From Chloroflexota bacterium (GTDB lineage Bacteria > Chloroflexota > Dehalococcoidia > Lucifugimonadales > UBA3495), in NCBI GenBank assembly GCA_027623675.1, contig JAQBVF010000007.1, positions 1 through 64,000 on the forward strand: a stretch of DNA of 64,000 nt, written 5' to 3'. A program made the position numbers and the translations under genes. The notes under the pieces are model-generated. The model saw only the letters and a list, made by a program, of their open reading frames with translations, searched no databases and was not told the origin of the DNA. Positions 10,658-20,521 of this stretch are shown here, piece after piece (positions within the stretch are counted from its first letter, which is position 1; every line of letters begins with the position of its first letter).

Positions 10658-11443
10658 TTACGCCGCCGGTTTGAATACGAGGAACATGGCTCCCTGAGGG
10701 TCCTGGAATCCGGCTAACCGGCCTATCCCTGGTATGTCCATGGCCGGCACTATCGTTGTAGCGCCCAGCGAAACCGACTTTTCAACCGTTGCATCGACAT
10801 CGTCGACCCCGAAGTACACCGACCAATTTGGCGGAATAGGGCCCATATCCTCGGTGATCTTCATCACACCTGCCACGTCGGTCCCTCCGGCGTTAAGCAG
10901 GGTGTAATCATCAGGCCCAGGCATCTTCGATGAACCCAAGCCCAGCAATCCGGAATAGAACAGGACCGCTCTCGCCGGGTCGGTGGTCAAGAGTTCGTTC
11001 CACATCAGCGCGCCGGTCTCTCCCTTGAGCCGCACACCTATATGCTCGTTGGCCTGCCAAAGTGCGAAGACGGCTCCCAGAGGGTCTTGGATGATTGCGG
11101 CGTGTCCCGCATCAAATACCTGCATCGGTCCCATGATCACGGTTGCCCCGGCCTTGGTGACCGATGCCGTGGTCTCCTGAATGTCATCGACGGCGAAATA
11201 GGTCCGCCAGTGGGGCGGCACTCCCTGTTCCCTCTCTTCGGCCCCCTGCTGATAAATGGCGGCAACTTCCAATCCGTTCAGTTTCTGAAGATGGTAGTAC
11301 ATCCCCGGGCCCATCTCCTGGGGATCATCCACCCAACCGAACAGAGCGCTGTAGAAGGCCATCGCCCCTTGATCGTCCGTGGTGACCAATTCTACCCATG
11401 AAGGGGTCCCTTGAAAGTGGCTGGTGATCTCTGGCATCAACAT
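10658..11443 (-). CDS. VOC/glyoxalase family protein (two-domain)
   Basis: Repeated WxELxTTD...FY..LFGW and DPQGA motifs. Confidence 0.88.
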   Translation of the reverse strand: MLMPEITSHFQGTPSWVELVTTDDQGAMAFYSALFGWVDDPQEMGPGMYYHLQKLNGLEVAAIYQQGAEEREQGVPPHWRTYFAVDDIQETTASVTKAGATVIMGPMQVFDAGHAAIIQDPLGAVFALWQANEHIGVRLKGETGALMWNELLTTDPARAVLFYSGLLGLGSSKMPGPDDYTLLNAGGTDVAGVMKITEDMGPIPPNWSVYFGVDDVDATVEKSVSLGATTIVPAMDIPGIGRLAGFQDPQGAMFLVFKPAA

Positions 11444-11722
11444 GCTCCTTCTGAGGTTGGTGATATAGGCGGGCAGAGCGGAGTGCTATCGGAGGGATAT
11501 CGATGCGGCGGGGTCCCGGTTACCTTCCGCCTTAACTACACCGATGAGACGCGCAGATCCCTGGGCGAGAACCTGGGCCTAAGTTTACATCCGCTGCCAT
11601 TTGTCCACAAATCCCGGCTGGGACACGTCTCCAGGTTGAAGCCCATTCCCGATTCCGATAAGCTGAGCCTTGATATCTGAAAGCTGATTGCCCCGATTTT
11701 ATAGGGGCAGCGGAGTTACCAC

Positions 11723-14662
11723 ATGGCCACCACGGCAGCGGCACGGGTCCACGCAGCAGAACGGGGCGACATCGAGAATGCGCTGAAGCGCCGGGTATCG
11801 GGCGAGGTTCGGTTCGACCCGTTCTCCAGGGTGCTCTACAGCACCGACGCCAGCATCTACCAGATGGAGCCGGTGGGCGTGGTCATTCCCCGCAACGTGG
11901 AAGACGTTCTGGCCGTGATCGAGGTGGCCAAGGAGAACCGGGTGCCGGTGCTGCCTAGGGCCGGGGGTACCAGCCTGGCGGGCCAGACCGTGAACCATGC
12001 CATCGTCGTCGACTTCAGCAAGTACCTTAATCAGATCATCGAGGTCAACCAAGAGGAGCAGTGGGCCAGGGTACAGCCGGGTATAGTGCTGGACGACCTG
12101 AACCGCCAACTGGTCCCCCATGGCCTGATGTACGCGCCCGACCCGACCACCTCCAGCCGGGCCTGCGTTGGCGGCGGCGTTGGCAACAACACCTGCGGCG
12201 CCCACTCGGTGATCTACGGCAAGACGCTGGACCACATTAAAGAATTGGACGTCATTCTGTCCGACGGCACTCAGACCCACTTCAACCCGCTGGAGGCCCG
12301 TGAGCTGGAGGCCAAGCTCAGCGGCGTTGGGCTGGAATCTGACATCTACCGCGGCGTGCGTCGGCTGGCCCAGGAGAACGCCGCCGAGATTGAGGCCCGC
12401 TACCCCAACATCATGCGCCGGGTCAGCGGCTACAACCTGGATGAGTTCCTGACCGACTCGCCCTTCAACATGACGAAGATGGTGGTCGGCTCCGAGGGGA
12501 CCCTCTGCGTCGTCACCGAGGTCAAGATCAACCTGGTCCCCCGGCCCACCATGACCGCCCTGGGAGTGGTCCATTTCGAAGATATCTTCGGGGCCAGCGA
12601 GGCGGTGAAAGACATCCTGGCCCACGAGCCATCGTCCATCGAGATACTGGACCGGAACGTGTTGGAACGGTCCAAGGCTTCCACCGGCCTGGGTTCCAAC
12701 ATGGCCTTCATCGAAGGCAACCCAGGCGCGGTCCTGGTGGTCGAATTCTACGGTGAGTCGGAAGCTGAACTGGCCGACAAGACGACCAAACTGAAAGACG
12801 ACATGTCGCGCCGGAGCCACGGCTACGCCACCGTTAACATGCTGGACCGGGCGTCGCAGGCCAGCGTCTGGGCGGTGCGGAAGAACGGCCTGGGCCTGCT
12901 GATGAGCATGCACGGCGACGCCAAGCCCCTGCCCTTCGTGGAAGACACGGCGGTGGACCCTGAAAACATGGGCCCGTTCGTTCGGCGGTTCGACGAGATC
13001 GTGCGCAACCACCAAACAGAGGCCGCCTACTACGGCCATGCCAGCGTGGGCTGCCTGCACATCCGCCCGGTGGTCAGCCTGAAGAGCCAGGACGGCGTGG
13101 ACAAGATGCTGTCCATCGCCGACGAGATCAGCGACCTGGTCAAGGAGTTCGGCGGGTCACTAAGCGGCGAGCATGGCGACGGCATCGTCCGGGGCGTCTG
13201 GAACCAAAAGATGTTCGGGCCGGAGATCTATAAGCTGTTCCAGGAACTAAAGGGCACATTCGACCCCGACGGCATCATGAACCCCGGCAAGATCATCGAC
13301 TGTCCGCCCATGGACCAGAACCTGCGCTACGGGTCCGATTACCGCGCCAAATCCCTGCCCACCAAACTGGATTTCTCTATCGACACCGATTTCGCCGGGG
13401 CGGTGGAGATGTGCAACGGCATGGGCGCCTGCCGTCAGCACGTCGGCACCATGTGTCCCTCGTATGTCGCCACCAGGGACGAGGAGCATTCCACCCGGGG
13501 CCGGGCCAACCTGCTGCGGGCGGCGCTGTCGGGAAAGCTTCCCGAAGGGACCATGACCAGCAGGCGGCTCTACGAGGCCATGGACCTGTGTCTGGAGTGC
13601 AAGGGGTGCAAATCGGAGTGCGAGTCGGGCGTGGACATGGCCAAGCTCAAATACGAGTTCTTGGACCAGTACCACCGGGCCAACGGCACCCCGTTGCGGA
13701 ACAGGGTGTTCGCCAACATTAACCGGCTGAGCGCGTGGGGCAGCCGCACGGCGCCCCTCTCCAACCTGATGACCGGCAATCCCATCGGCCGGATGATGGC
13801 CCAGATGCTTCTGGGAGTAACCCCAAAACGAAAGACGCCCAAATTTGTCCGGCAGACTTTCGCCAAGTGGTTCAAGGGCCGGGGAAACCCCCATCGGTCC
13901 GCCGCTACGAACACGAGAGGAGGTTCGGCGAGCGTGACCGCAACCGACACGGTGGTGCTGCTGAACGATACCTACATGAACTACAACTATCCTGAGATCG
14001 GGAAGGCGGCGGTCGCGTTACTGGAGGCGGCGGGCTTTAAGGTCCTGCTGTCCGACACGAAGTGCTGCGGCCGGCCCATGATCTCCAAGGGATTGCTGGA
14101 CGACGCCACCGCCAACGCAGTTTCCAACGTCGAGCAGCTCCACGCCTATGCCGAGCAGGGCATACCGGTGATCGGCTGTGAGCCGAGCTGCCTGCTGACC
14201 TTCCGGGACGAATACCCCGAGTTGGTGCGGGACGAAAAAGCAAAGAAGGTGGCCGGGAACTCCTTTATGATCGACGAGTTCCTGGTCAAGCTCATGGAGG
14301 ACGGCAAGCTGGAGTTGGACCTGGGCAAGCTGGAAAAGAAGGTGCTATTTCAAGCCCACTGCCATCAGAAGGCCGACATGGGAACGGCCACGTCGCTGGC
14401 GGCGCTGCGGCTGGCGCCGGGATACCAGGTGGAACTGATCAACGCTGGCTGTTGCGGCATGGCCGGGTCATTCGGCTACGAGAAAGAGCACTACGACCTG
14501 TCGATGAAGATCGGCGAAGAGGCGCTGTTCCCGGCCATCCGCGCCAAAGGTGACGACTGGGAGGTGGCAGTGATGGGCGTCTCCTGCCGCCAGCAGGTGG
14601 AACACGGCACCGGCCGCAAGGCGCGGCATCTGGTGGAAGTGCTGGCCGACGCCCTGGGCTAG
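11723..14662 (+). CDS. FAD-binding and Fe-S cluster oxidoreductase (GlcD/GlcF-type fusion; D-2-hydroxyacid/glycolate dehydrogenase-like)
   Basis: RAGGTSLAGQ, GEHGDG, CNGMGAC, CLECKGCKSEC and CCG motifs. Confidence 0.88.
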   Translation: MATTAAARVHAAERGDIENALKRRVSGEVRFDPFSRVLYSTDASIYQMEPVGVVIPRNVEDVLAVIEVAKENRVPVLPRAGGTSLAGQTVNHAIVVDFSKYLNQIIEVNQEEQWARVQPGIVLDDLNRQLVPHGLMYAPDPTTSSRACVGGGVGNNTCGAHSVIYGKTLDHIKELDVILSDGTQTHFNPLEARELEAKLSGVGLESDIYRGVRRLAQENAAEIEARYPNIMRRVSGYNLDEFLTDSPFNMTKMVVGSEGTLCVVTEVKINLVPRPTMTALGVVHFEDIFGASEAVKDILAHEPSSIEILDRNVLERSKASTGLGSNMAFIEGNPGAVLVVEFYGESEAELADKTTKLKDDMSRRSHGYATVNMLDRASQASVWAVRKNGLGLLMSMHGDAKPLPFVEDTAVDPENMGPFVRRFDEIVRNHQTEAAYYGHASVGCLHIRPVVSLKSQDGVDKMLSIADEISDLVKEFGGSLSGEHGDGIVRGVWNQKMFGPEIYKLFQELKGTFDPDGIMNPGKIIDCPPMDQNLRYGSDYRAKSLPTKLDFSIDTDFAGAVEMCNGMGACRQHVGTMCPSYVATRDEEHSTRGRANLLRAALSGKLPEGTMTSRRLYEAMDLCLECKGCKSECESGVDMAKLKYEFLDQYHRANGTPLRNRVFANINRLSAWGSRTAPLSNLMTGNPIGRMMAQMLLGVTPKRKTPKFVRQTFAKWFKGRGNPHRSAATNTRGGSASVTATDTVVLLNDTYMNYNYPEIGKAAVALLEAAGFKVLLSDTKCCGRPMISKGLLDDATANAVSNVEQLHAYAEQGIPVIGCEPSCLLTFRDEYPELVRDEKAKKVAGNSFMIDEFLVKLMEDGKLELDLGKLEKKVLFQAHCHQKADMGTATSLAALRLAPGYQVELINAGCCGMAGSFGYEKEHYDLSMKIGEEALFPAIRAKGDDWEVAVMGVSCRQQVEHGTGRKARHLVEVLADALG

Positions 14663-14886
14663 GCGCGCCACCCACGCGGAGCGCAGACGGTGTTACCCGC
14701 GCCATTACCAACCCACTCTCAGCCGCGGTTGAATCGCAGCGAAAGCTGCCGAAACGGTTCAACCCCAACGTGGTCCTCCCCAGTGTCGCGAGGGAACCCG
14801 TCGCCCCCATGAAACCATGTTCCACATCAAGATAAAATCCTGCTAGGCGAATCCCCGCTTGGCCCCAAGTTAGGGCGAGGCGACCC

Positions 14887-17160
14887 CTACTTCTGGGCGG
14901 CTTTGACCGCTTTGCGGTTCCGGAACAGGGCCGGTTCCACGTAGGCGCTGGGGGATGACAGCGCGTCATCGATGATCTCCAGCACGGCCACGATGGCCGG
15001 GGTCGCCAGCAGGCCATCCACCTTTTCTTGAGTGTCGGCCAAAGGCAGGTAGCCGGGCTGCCCGCCGTTCTGCTGGTCCAGTATGCCGACAGCTTTCTTC
15101 ACGGCCTCCTCGATGTCCTGCTGACTCACCACGCCGTGCAACCGCCAGTTGGCGATGATTGCGCCGTCGATGCGTTCGGTGGCCCGGTCTTTCATCTCCT
15201 CGATCTGATTGAAGTTGGGTACGCCGCTGCAGCCGACGCCCCGGTTGACCCATGGCTCCACGTAGGCAACCATGCTGTGGGCGTAGCCCAGCAACAGGTT
15301 CTGTTTGACCTCGGGGTCGGCCAGTTTGCTGTTATCCAGCACCGGGAATGACAGCAGGTCCCGCCTGGAGATCTCCGGCATCGGGGAGTCTTCCATGACC
15401 CGCTGCACCTCGTCCACGTCGATCATGTGGTAGTGCATGGAATGAAGATGACTGGGGTTGGGCGCTGGGACCCAGGCCGTGTTGCCGCCGCTCCTGGGAT
15501 GGTCGATCTTTCGCTCCAGCATCTCCGCCATGGCCCGGTTCTTTACCTGCATCCCCTTGCCGATCTTGCCCTGCCGGTGGACGCCGGTCTGGATGCCCAC
15601 GGCCACGTTATGCCGCTCGTAGCTGGTGTTGAAGACCGCGCCGGTCAGGTCGTCCCGCAGGTCAACCGGCCCGGCATGGGTCTGGACCCGTATCTGGGAG
15701 CCGGTGCGGTCCAGGAAGCCGGTGTTGATGAAAAAAACGCGGCTCTGGGCGGCTTTCAGGGATTCGGCCAGTTCCAGGGTCATACCAAGCTCTTCGTTCA
15801 TGATGCCGATGAGCAGGGTTCCATCTTTCAGGCCCAGTTTCGCTTCAACCGCCTGGAAGAACCTGACCTGCTCGGCGACCTCCTCAGAGGTTTGCAGCTT
15901 GGGCGTGACCTGGTAGATGAAGCCTTTGCTGCTGTTCGGGGCCCTGACCGGCACGGGCGACAACCCTGGCTTGCCGCCAAAATCAACCCCGTCAGAGCCA
16001 CGGTCATGGGAGGAGGCGATCAGCGTGGTCAGCAGCACCCCCAGCATCCGCTCCGGGATGTCCTGGCCGTCCACGGTCACCATGTCGGTGTACATATGCA
16101 GCGACACGTTGCGGACGGACATGAGGCTGGTGCCCTTCACGGTCTGGGCCGCGCCGTTAACGTCCGTGTAGGTCTTATCCGAGTCCATAATCTTTAGGGC
16201 CCCGCGGGAGCTGCGGGCTTGGAGGTCCCCTCGGATCAGGCCTAGGTAATTCCGCAGGCCAACCACCATGTCTTCCGCATCGACGATGGCCACGGCGTCC
16301 TCGAAGTCGACGATGTTGGTGACAGCCGATTCAACGACCAGGTCCTTGAACTGCCCGTTCTCCGCGTTCACCTTGCCGCCGTCGTACAGCTGGAACAGCA
16401 GCTTCATTCCGTTGTCTTCCAGGAAAAACTCGGTGAGTTGGCCGCTTTCCTGGTTGAAGCCAATGAATCTGGCCGGGTCGGCCAACCTCACCTCGGCGCC
16501 GCCGCTCCGGTGGCCCAGCAGTTCGTGCTTTCCTTCCGGGGTCCGGCCCAAAGAATAGGCCACCAGGTCATTGAAGCTGACGCCGCCGTCCCACTGGGCC
16601 ACGTGTTCGTCGAGATACGCGTTGGTGCGGTCCACCACCATCTGCAAGCGTTCGTTCCGGGCGGTTTCCCGGTCGATCTCTGGGTTCACGTCGCTTAGGA
16701 AATAGGCGTCGTATAGGCTGCCCCAGCGGGCGTTGGCGCCGCCCACGGCCATGCTGGCGTTGGTGACCGGCGTAACCAACTCGGGGCCATTCTGGGACAT
16801 CTCATAGTCGAGCTCAGGGGTTGTCATGGCGAATCCGGCCGGCGTTTCCGGCTCCAAGTAGCCCTCGGCTACCAGGAATCGCCCGATCTCGGCGGCGTCA
16901 TCGGCTGCGGAGTCGGCGGTGGGCGCCCAGCCGGCCTTCCGCTTCTCCTGGTAATACTCGTCGATCCGCGATTGGCGGCTGGCCCGTTTGTCCAAAAGCT
17001 CCTGGTTCTTGGGGCCGAATTCCTGGACCAACTCGCCCAGGATCGTGAACACTTCGTCGACAGTCTTGTCCGTGCCTGGAACAACCTCGTCTCTGACGAA
17101 CGCATACAGCGCATCGTCGATCGCCACGGACGCTCCAGATGCCAGATTTACCGTTGTCAT
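14887..17160 (-). CDS. glcB: Malate synthase G (divergent)
   Basis: GPELVTPV, NARWGSLYDA, VRNV, INTGFLDRTG, GGNTAWVP and MKDRAT motifs. ATG at 17160 chosen. Confidence 0.82.
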   Translation of the reverse strand: MTTVNLASGASVAIDDALYAFVRDEVVPGTDKTVDEVFTILGELVQEFGPKNQELLDKRASRQSRIDEYYQEKRKAGWAPTADSAADDAAEIGRFLVAEGYLEPETPAGFAMTTPELDYEMSQNGPELVTPVTNASMAVGGANARWGSLYDAYFLSDVNPEIDRETARNERLQMVVDRTNAYLDEHVAQWDGGVSFNDLVAYSLGRTPEGKHELLGHRSGGAEVRLADPARFIGFNQESGQLTEFFLEDNGMKLLFQLYDGGKVNAENGQFKDLVVESAVTNIVDFEDAVAIVDAEDMVVGLRNYLGLIRGDLQARSSRGALKIMDSDKTYTDVNGAAQTVKGTSLMSVRNVSLHMYTDMVTVDGQDIPERMLGVLLTTLIASSHDRGSDGVDFGGKPGLSPVPVRAPNSSKGFIYQVTPKLQTSEEVAEQVRFFQAVEAKLGLKDGTLLIGIMNEELGMTLELAESLKAAQSRVFFINTGFLDRTGSQIRVQTHAGPVDLRDDLTGAVFNTSYERHNVAVGIQTGVHRQGKIGKGMQVKNRAMAEMLERKIDHPRSGGNTAWVPAPNPSHLHSMHYHMIDVDEVQRVMEDSPMPEISRRDLLSFPVLDNSKLADPEVKQNLLLGYAHSMVAYVEPWVNRGVGCSGVPNFNQIEEMKDRATERIDGAIIANWRLHGVVSQQDIEEAVKKAVGILDQQNGGQPGYLPLADTQEKVDGLLATPAIVAVLEIIDDALSSPSAYVEPALFRNRKAVKAAQK

Positions 17161-17203
17161 ATTTGGCTCCGAATCGGTTTTTTCAATCTCAGTGATCCAG
17201 GAC

Positions 17204-18283
17204 CTACCCGTTGGTCCGCTCAAACTCCCTCATGAATGACACCAGGGCCTCCACACCCTCTTTGGGGAAGGCGTTGTAGATGGAGGCGCGGATGCCCCCC
17301 ACCGAACGGTGGCCCTTGAGTTCGACCATTCCCTCCGATGCCGCCTCGGCCACGAATCGGTCCTCCAGATCGGCACCGGGCAGGCGGAAGGTCACGTTCA
17401 TCCTAGAGCGGTGTTCGGGCAGGGCGTGGCCGCGGTAGAACTCGGACGAGTCCAACGCCTGGTACAGGACCTGGGATTTCTCGTCGTTCAAGCGGCCCAT
17501 CTCGTCCAGCCCACCCTGCGCGGTCAGCCACTGGACCACCAACCCCAGGACGTAGATGGAGAAAACGGGCGGCGTGTTGTGGGCGGAGTTGGCCTTGGCA
17601 TGGGTGGCGTAATTCAGCATCGCCGGCAGGCTTTCTGGGCAACGCTCCAGGAGGTCGTCACGGACGATCACCAACGTCACTCCCGCCGCTCCCAGGTTCT
17701 TCTGAGCGCCGGCGTAGATGAGGCCATACTGCGTTATGTCGATGGGCTTGCTGAAGATATTGGAGGAAAGGTCCGACACCAATGGAACGCCGCCGACATC
17801 CGGTTCGGCCGGCCATTCGGTGCCGTAGATGGTGTTGTTTCCGGTGACGTGAACGTAGTCGGCCTCGGGGTCCAGGTTCAATTCATCTTGGTAGGGGACA
17901 CGGTCGAAGTCTCGGTCTTCGGTGGAGCCTGCCTCCTGGATGTTGCCGACCTTCTTGGCGTCTTGAAACGCCAGTTTGGCGAAATTGCCCGTGACTATAT
18001 GGTCGGCCTTGCCACCCTCCGACAATAGGTTCATCGGAACCATGGAGAATTGGAGGGACGCGCCGCCCTGGAGGAACAGTATGCGGTAGTTGTCTGGTAT
18101 CCCAGCAAGCTGCCGGATGCCGTCTTCCGCGCCTTGAATGATGCCCTGCACGGTCTTGGACCGGTGGCTCATCTCCAGCAATGAGATGCCCACGCCTGGA
18201 TAGGAGACCAGGTCTCGCTGCGCCTCTGTTAGCACCGAAGCCGGCAATATGGCCGGGCCGGCGGCAAAGTTATATATCGTCAT
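17204..18283 (-). CDS. serC: Phosphoserine aminotransferase
   Basis: YNFAAGPA, EMSHRS, YAGAQKN and GHRSVGGIRASIYNA motifs. Confidence 0.95.
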   Translation of the reverse strand: MTIYNFAAGPAILPASVLTEAQRDLVSYPGVGISLLEMSHRSKTVQGIIQGAEDGIRQLAGIPDNYRILFLQGGASLQFSMVPMNLLSEGGKADHIVTGNFAKLAFQDAKKVGNIQEAGSTEDRDFDRVPYQDELNLDPEADYVHVTGNNTIYGTEWPAEPDVGGVPLVSDLSSNIFSKPIDITQYGLIYAGAQKNLGAAGVTLVIVRDDLLERCPESLPAMLNYATHAKANSAHNTPPVFSIYVLGLVVQWLTAQGGLDEMGRLNDEKSQVLYQALDSSEFYRGHALPEHRSRMNVTFRLPGADLEDRFVAEAASEGMVELKGHRSVGGIRASIYNAFPKEGVEALVSFMREFERTNG

Positions 18284-18435
18284 AAAGGTCTCTTTCGCGC
18301 CGGGATAGCCGTTGCCCAGCGCAATCGTATTGGAATAGGGGAACGGACAACAAAGTATGCTATCTGACCCCAATTACTTTGGCAAACGTGGCCCTACCCG
18401 TATGAACTCAATCCCACGCCCAAACACCCAGAAGT

Positions 18436-18469
18436 CAAAAACGGCCCAGCCAATCATGGCCGGGCCGTT
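18436..18469 (-). terminator. Rho-independent terminator after the LLM gene
   Basis: AACGGCCC/GGGCCGTT stem with a T-run on the minus strand. Confidence 0.6.
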
Positions 18470-18502
18470 CGTTGCCTTGATCCAGGAGCTTATTAGCTTG
18501 GT

Positions 18503-19696
18503 CTAGTCGTAGGCGTGGAGCTTGATCTCCTTCAGGGCGGGGATCACCTCTTTACCCAGCAGTTCGATGGACCGCATGGAAACTTCGTGGGGCATGGGGC
18601 CTTCGTTGCCGTAGATCAGTAGATAGCCGGGGTTGAGGTTCTCAGCCACGTAAGTAAGCTTCTCAATTACGGAATCCGGAGTGCCCACGATGATGACTCT
18701 GGCTGCTTGTTGGTTCTCGTAGGACTGGGCGTCTCCCATGTTGCCGGCGAACACGCCGCTGGGACGGCTGCGCTTGATCTCCAAGGCTTGGCGCGACTGG
18801 TAGCCGGGGGGATCAACATGCTCCCTGGGACCGCGCTGACGATGTCCTTCGGTCCAGACGAAGTGCCGGCCCATCTCCTGGGCCTTCTCCTCGGTGTCGG
18901 CCACCAGGACTTTCAGCAGATAGCCAAAGTGCTCTGGGCCGGCCTTGAACCCGGCGTCTTTGGCGGTGTCGATGTAGATCTGTTTCAGCCATTCGGTGGT
19001 TTCCATGACCGCGCCCAAGTTCATGTAGGGGTGGCCGTGCTGGGCCGCCCACACCACGCTCTCGGGGCTGCCGGTGCCTGGGAACCAGATGTCCGGACGA
19101 GGCTTCTGCATGGGCATTACCCAAGGGTTAACCACCCGGTACTGATAGTGCTTGCCCTCATAGCGGAAGGGACCGGGCTCGGTCCAGCATTTCACTATCA
19201 GGTCATGGGCCTCCTCGAAGCGCTCCCGGTTGGTCGTGGGGTCGATACCGGCCTGCAGGGTCTCGACGGCTCCGCCTCGGACGAACCCGGAGATGACCCG
19301 GCCGCCGGAATAGCAGTCCAACATGGCCACTTCTTCGGCCATTCTGATGGGGTCGTTAACGGCGATGACGTTGCCCAAGATGGCGATCTTCACCTTCTTG
19401 GTTATCTTTGCCAGCACGGCGGCGTCGAGGTTGACCGCCGGCTTGCCGCACCAATAGGCGGAGTGATGCTCGTTGGTCATGATTCCATCGAAACCCACCT
19501 CGTCGGCCAGCGCATATTGGTCGTGGTACTGGTTGTAGAGGACATGGGCCTTGGCGGGGTCGAAGTGGCTATTGGGGAAAGCCAGGCGTCCCGAGTCGAA
19601 CTTCTCCAGTTCGCCGTCGGAGATATATCCTTGAGCCTGCTCCGAAAACCAGTAGACCTCCATCTGGTCTTTGGGCCGGGCCAATTGGTCAACCAT
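18503..19696 (-). CDS. LLM class flavin-dependent oxidoreductase
   Basis: GFDGIMTNEHH, PIRMAEEVAMLD and GKEVIPAL motifs. Confidence 0.9.
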   Translation of the reverse strand: MVDQLARPKDQMEVYWFSEQAQGYISDGELEKFDSGRLAFPNSHFDPAKAHVLYNQYHDQYALADEVGFDGIMTNEHHSAYWCGKPAVNLDAAVLAKITKKVKIAILGNVIAVNDPIRMAEEVAMLDCYSGGRVISGFVRGGAVETLQAGIDPTTNRERFEEAHDLIVKCWTEPGPFRYEGKHYQYRVVNPWVMPMQKPRPDIWFPGTGSPESVVWAAQHGHPYMNLGAVMETTEWLKQIYIDTAKDAGFKAGPEHFGYLLKVLVADTEEKAQEMGRHFVWTEGHRQRGPREHVDPPGYQSRQALEIKRSRPSGVFAGNMGDAQSYENQQAARVIIVGTPDSVIEKLTYVAENLNPGYLLIYGNEGPMPHEVSMRSIELLGKEVIPALKEIKLHAYD

Positions 19697-19768
19697 GATC
19701 TGTGCCTCCCTGAGTAGTTTTCGATACTATAACCGATTGATAACGAGATTGTAGCGGTGAAGCCGGGC

Positions 19769-20398
19769 TTAATCCGGCTGTCCGGCCAGGTCTTCGTCGA
19801 TCAGCCCGGCAATCTGCCGGTCGTAGTCGCTGTCGTGGGACTTGAGCTGTTCGGACACCAGACGCCGGCGGCGCTCCGGATGGTTCTGGTTCAGCTTCCA
19901 CTTGCCCTGCAGCCTGGTGATCTCGATGGTGAAACCGACGATCCGCTTCAGCATCTGGCTAGAATATTCGGTGCTGAAATCGGCCTGCCAGGGTTGGGGT
20001 TGTCCGGACTCGTGGAAATCGGTGAGCCGCCCCACCAGGTCTTCCATCCCAGCCCGGTCCTCCACCGCCTTGAACACCCCGGTGGCGTGGACCGCCGTGT
20101 AGTCCCAGGTGGGGACGACGTCTTTATCCTGATACCAGGTCGGTGAAACGTAGGAGTGGGCGCCGTGAAAGACAACCAACACCTGCTGGCCGTCGGCGTA
20201 ACGCCATTGGTCGTTGGCCTTGGCCATGTGACCCAGTATCGCGCCCTGGCTGCCGGCCGTGGCATCGAGCAGCAGTGGCAGGTGCGAGGCTATCGGCTCT
20301 TCTCCGGTATGTGAAAACAGGATGCCGAAGCCGTTGTCGTTGATGAACCGGTGCAGTTTGGCAACATCGTCAACGGCGTACATCTTGGGCAGATACAT
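19769..20398 (-). CDS. PaiB-like FMN-binding negative transcriptional regulator family
   Basis: ASHLPLLL, GHMAKANDQW, YVSPTWY, VPTWDY and GKWKLNQN motifs. Confidence 0.85.
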   Translation of the reverse strand: MYLPKMYAVDDVAKLHRFINDNGFGILFSHTGEEPIASHLPLLLDATAGSQGAILGHMAKANDQWRYADGQQVLVVFHGAHSYVSPTWYQDKDVVPTWDYTAVHATGVFKAVEDRAGMEDLVGRLTDFHESGQPQPWQADFSTEYSSQMLKRIVGFTIEITRLQGKWKLNQNHPERRRRLVSEQLKSHDSDYDRQIAGLIDEDLAGQPD

Positions 20399-20442
20399 CG
20401 GGACACCTCGGGTCCACGAGATTTGAACCGGGGAAGCAGGGA

Positions 20443-20474
20443 CGTGGGACGCTGAGTTACCTCAACGTCCCACG
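20443..20474. terminator. Stem-loop downstream of the BVMO gene
   Basis: CGTGGGACG/CGTCCCACG inverted repeat. Confidence 0.45.
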
Positions 20475-20521
20475 CGCCGGTACCTTAAAAAAGCTCGGCC
20501 GCCGAAACAGCGTAGCGATTC

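Noticed and set aside
11699..13060. Long antisense ORFs (also 4807-5748, 18707-19717, 22358-23479, 48904-49875)
   Set aside because: These are shadow ORFs opposite well-supported genes and are expected in high-GC DNA.
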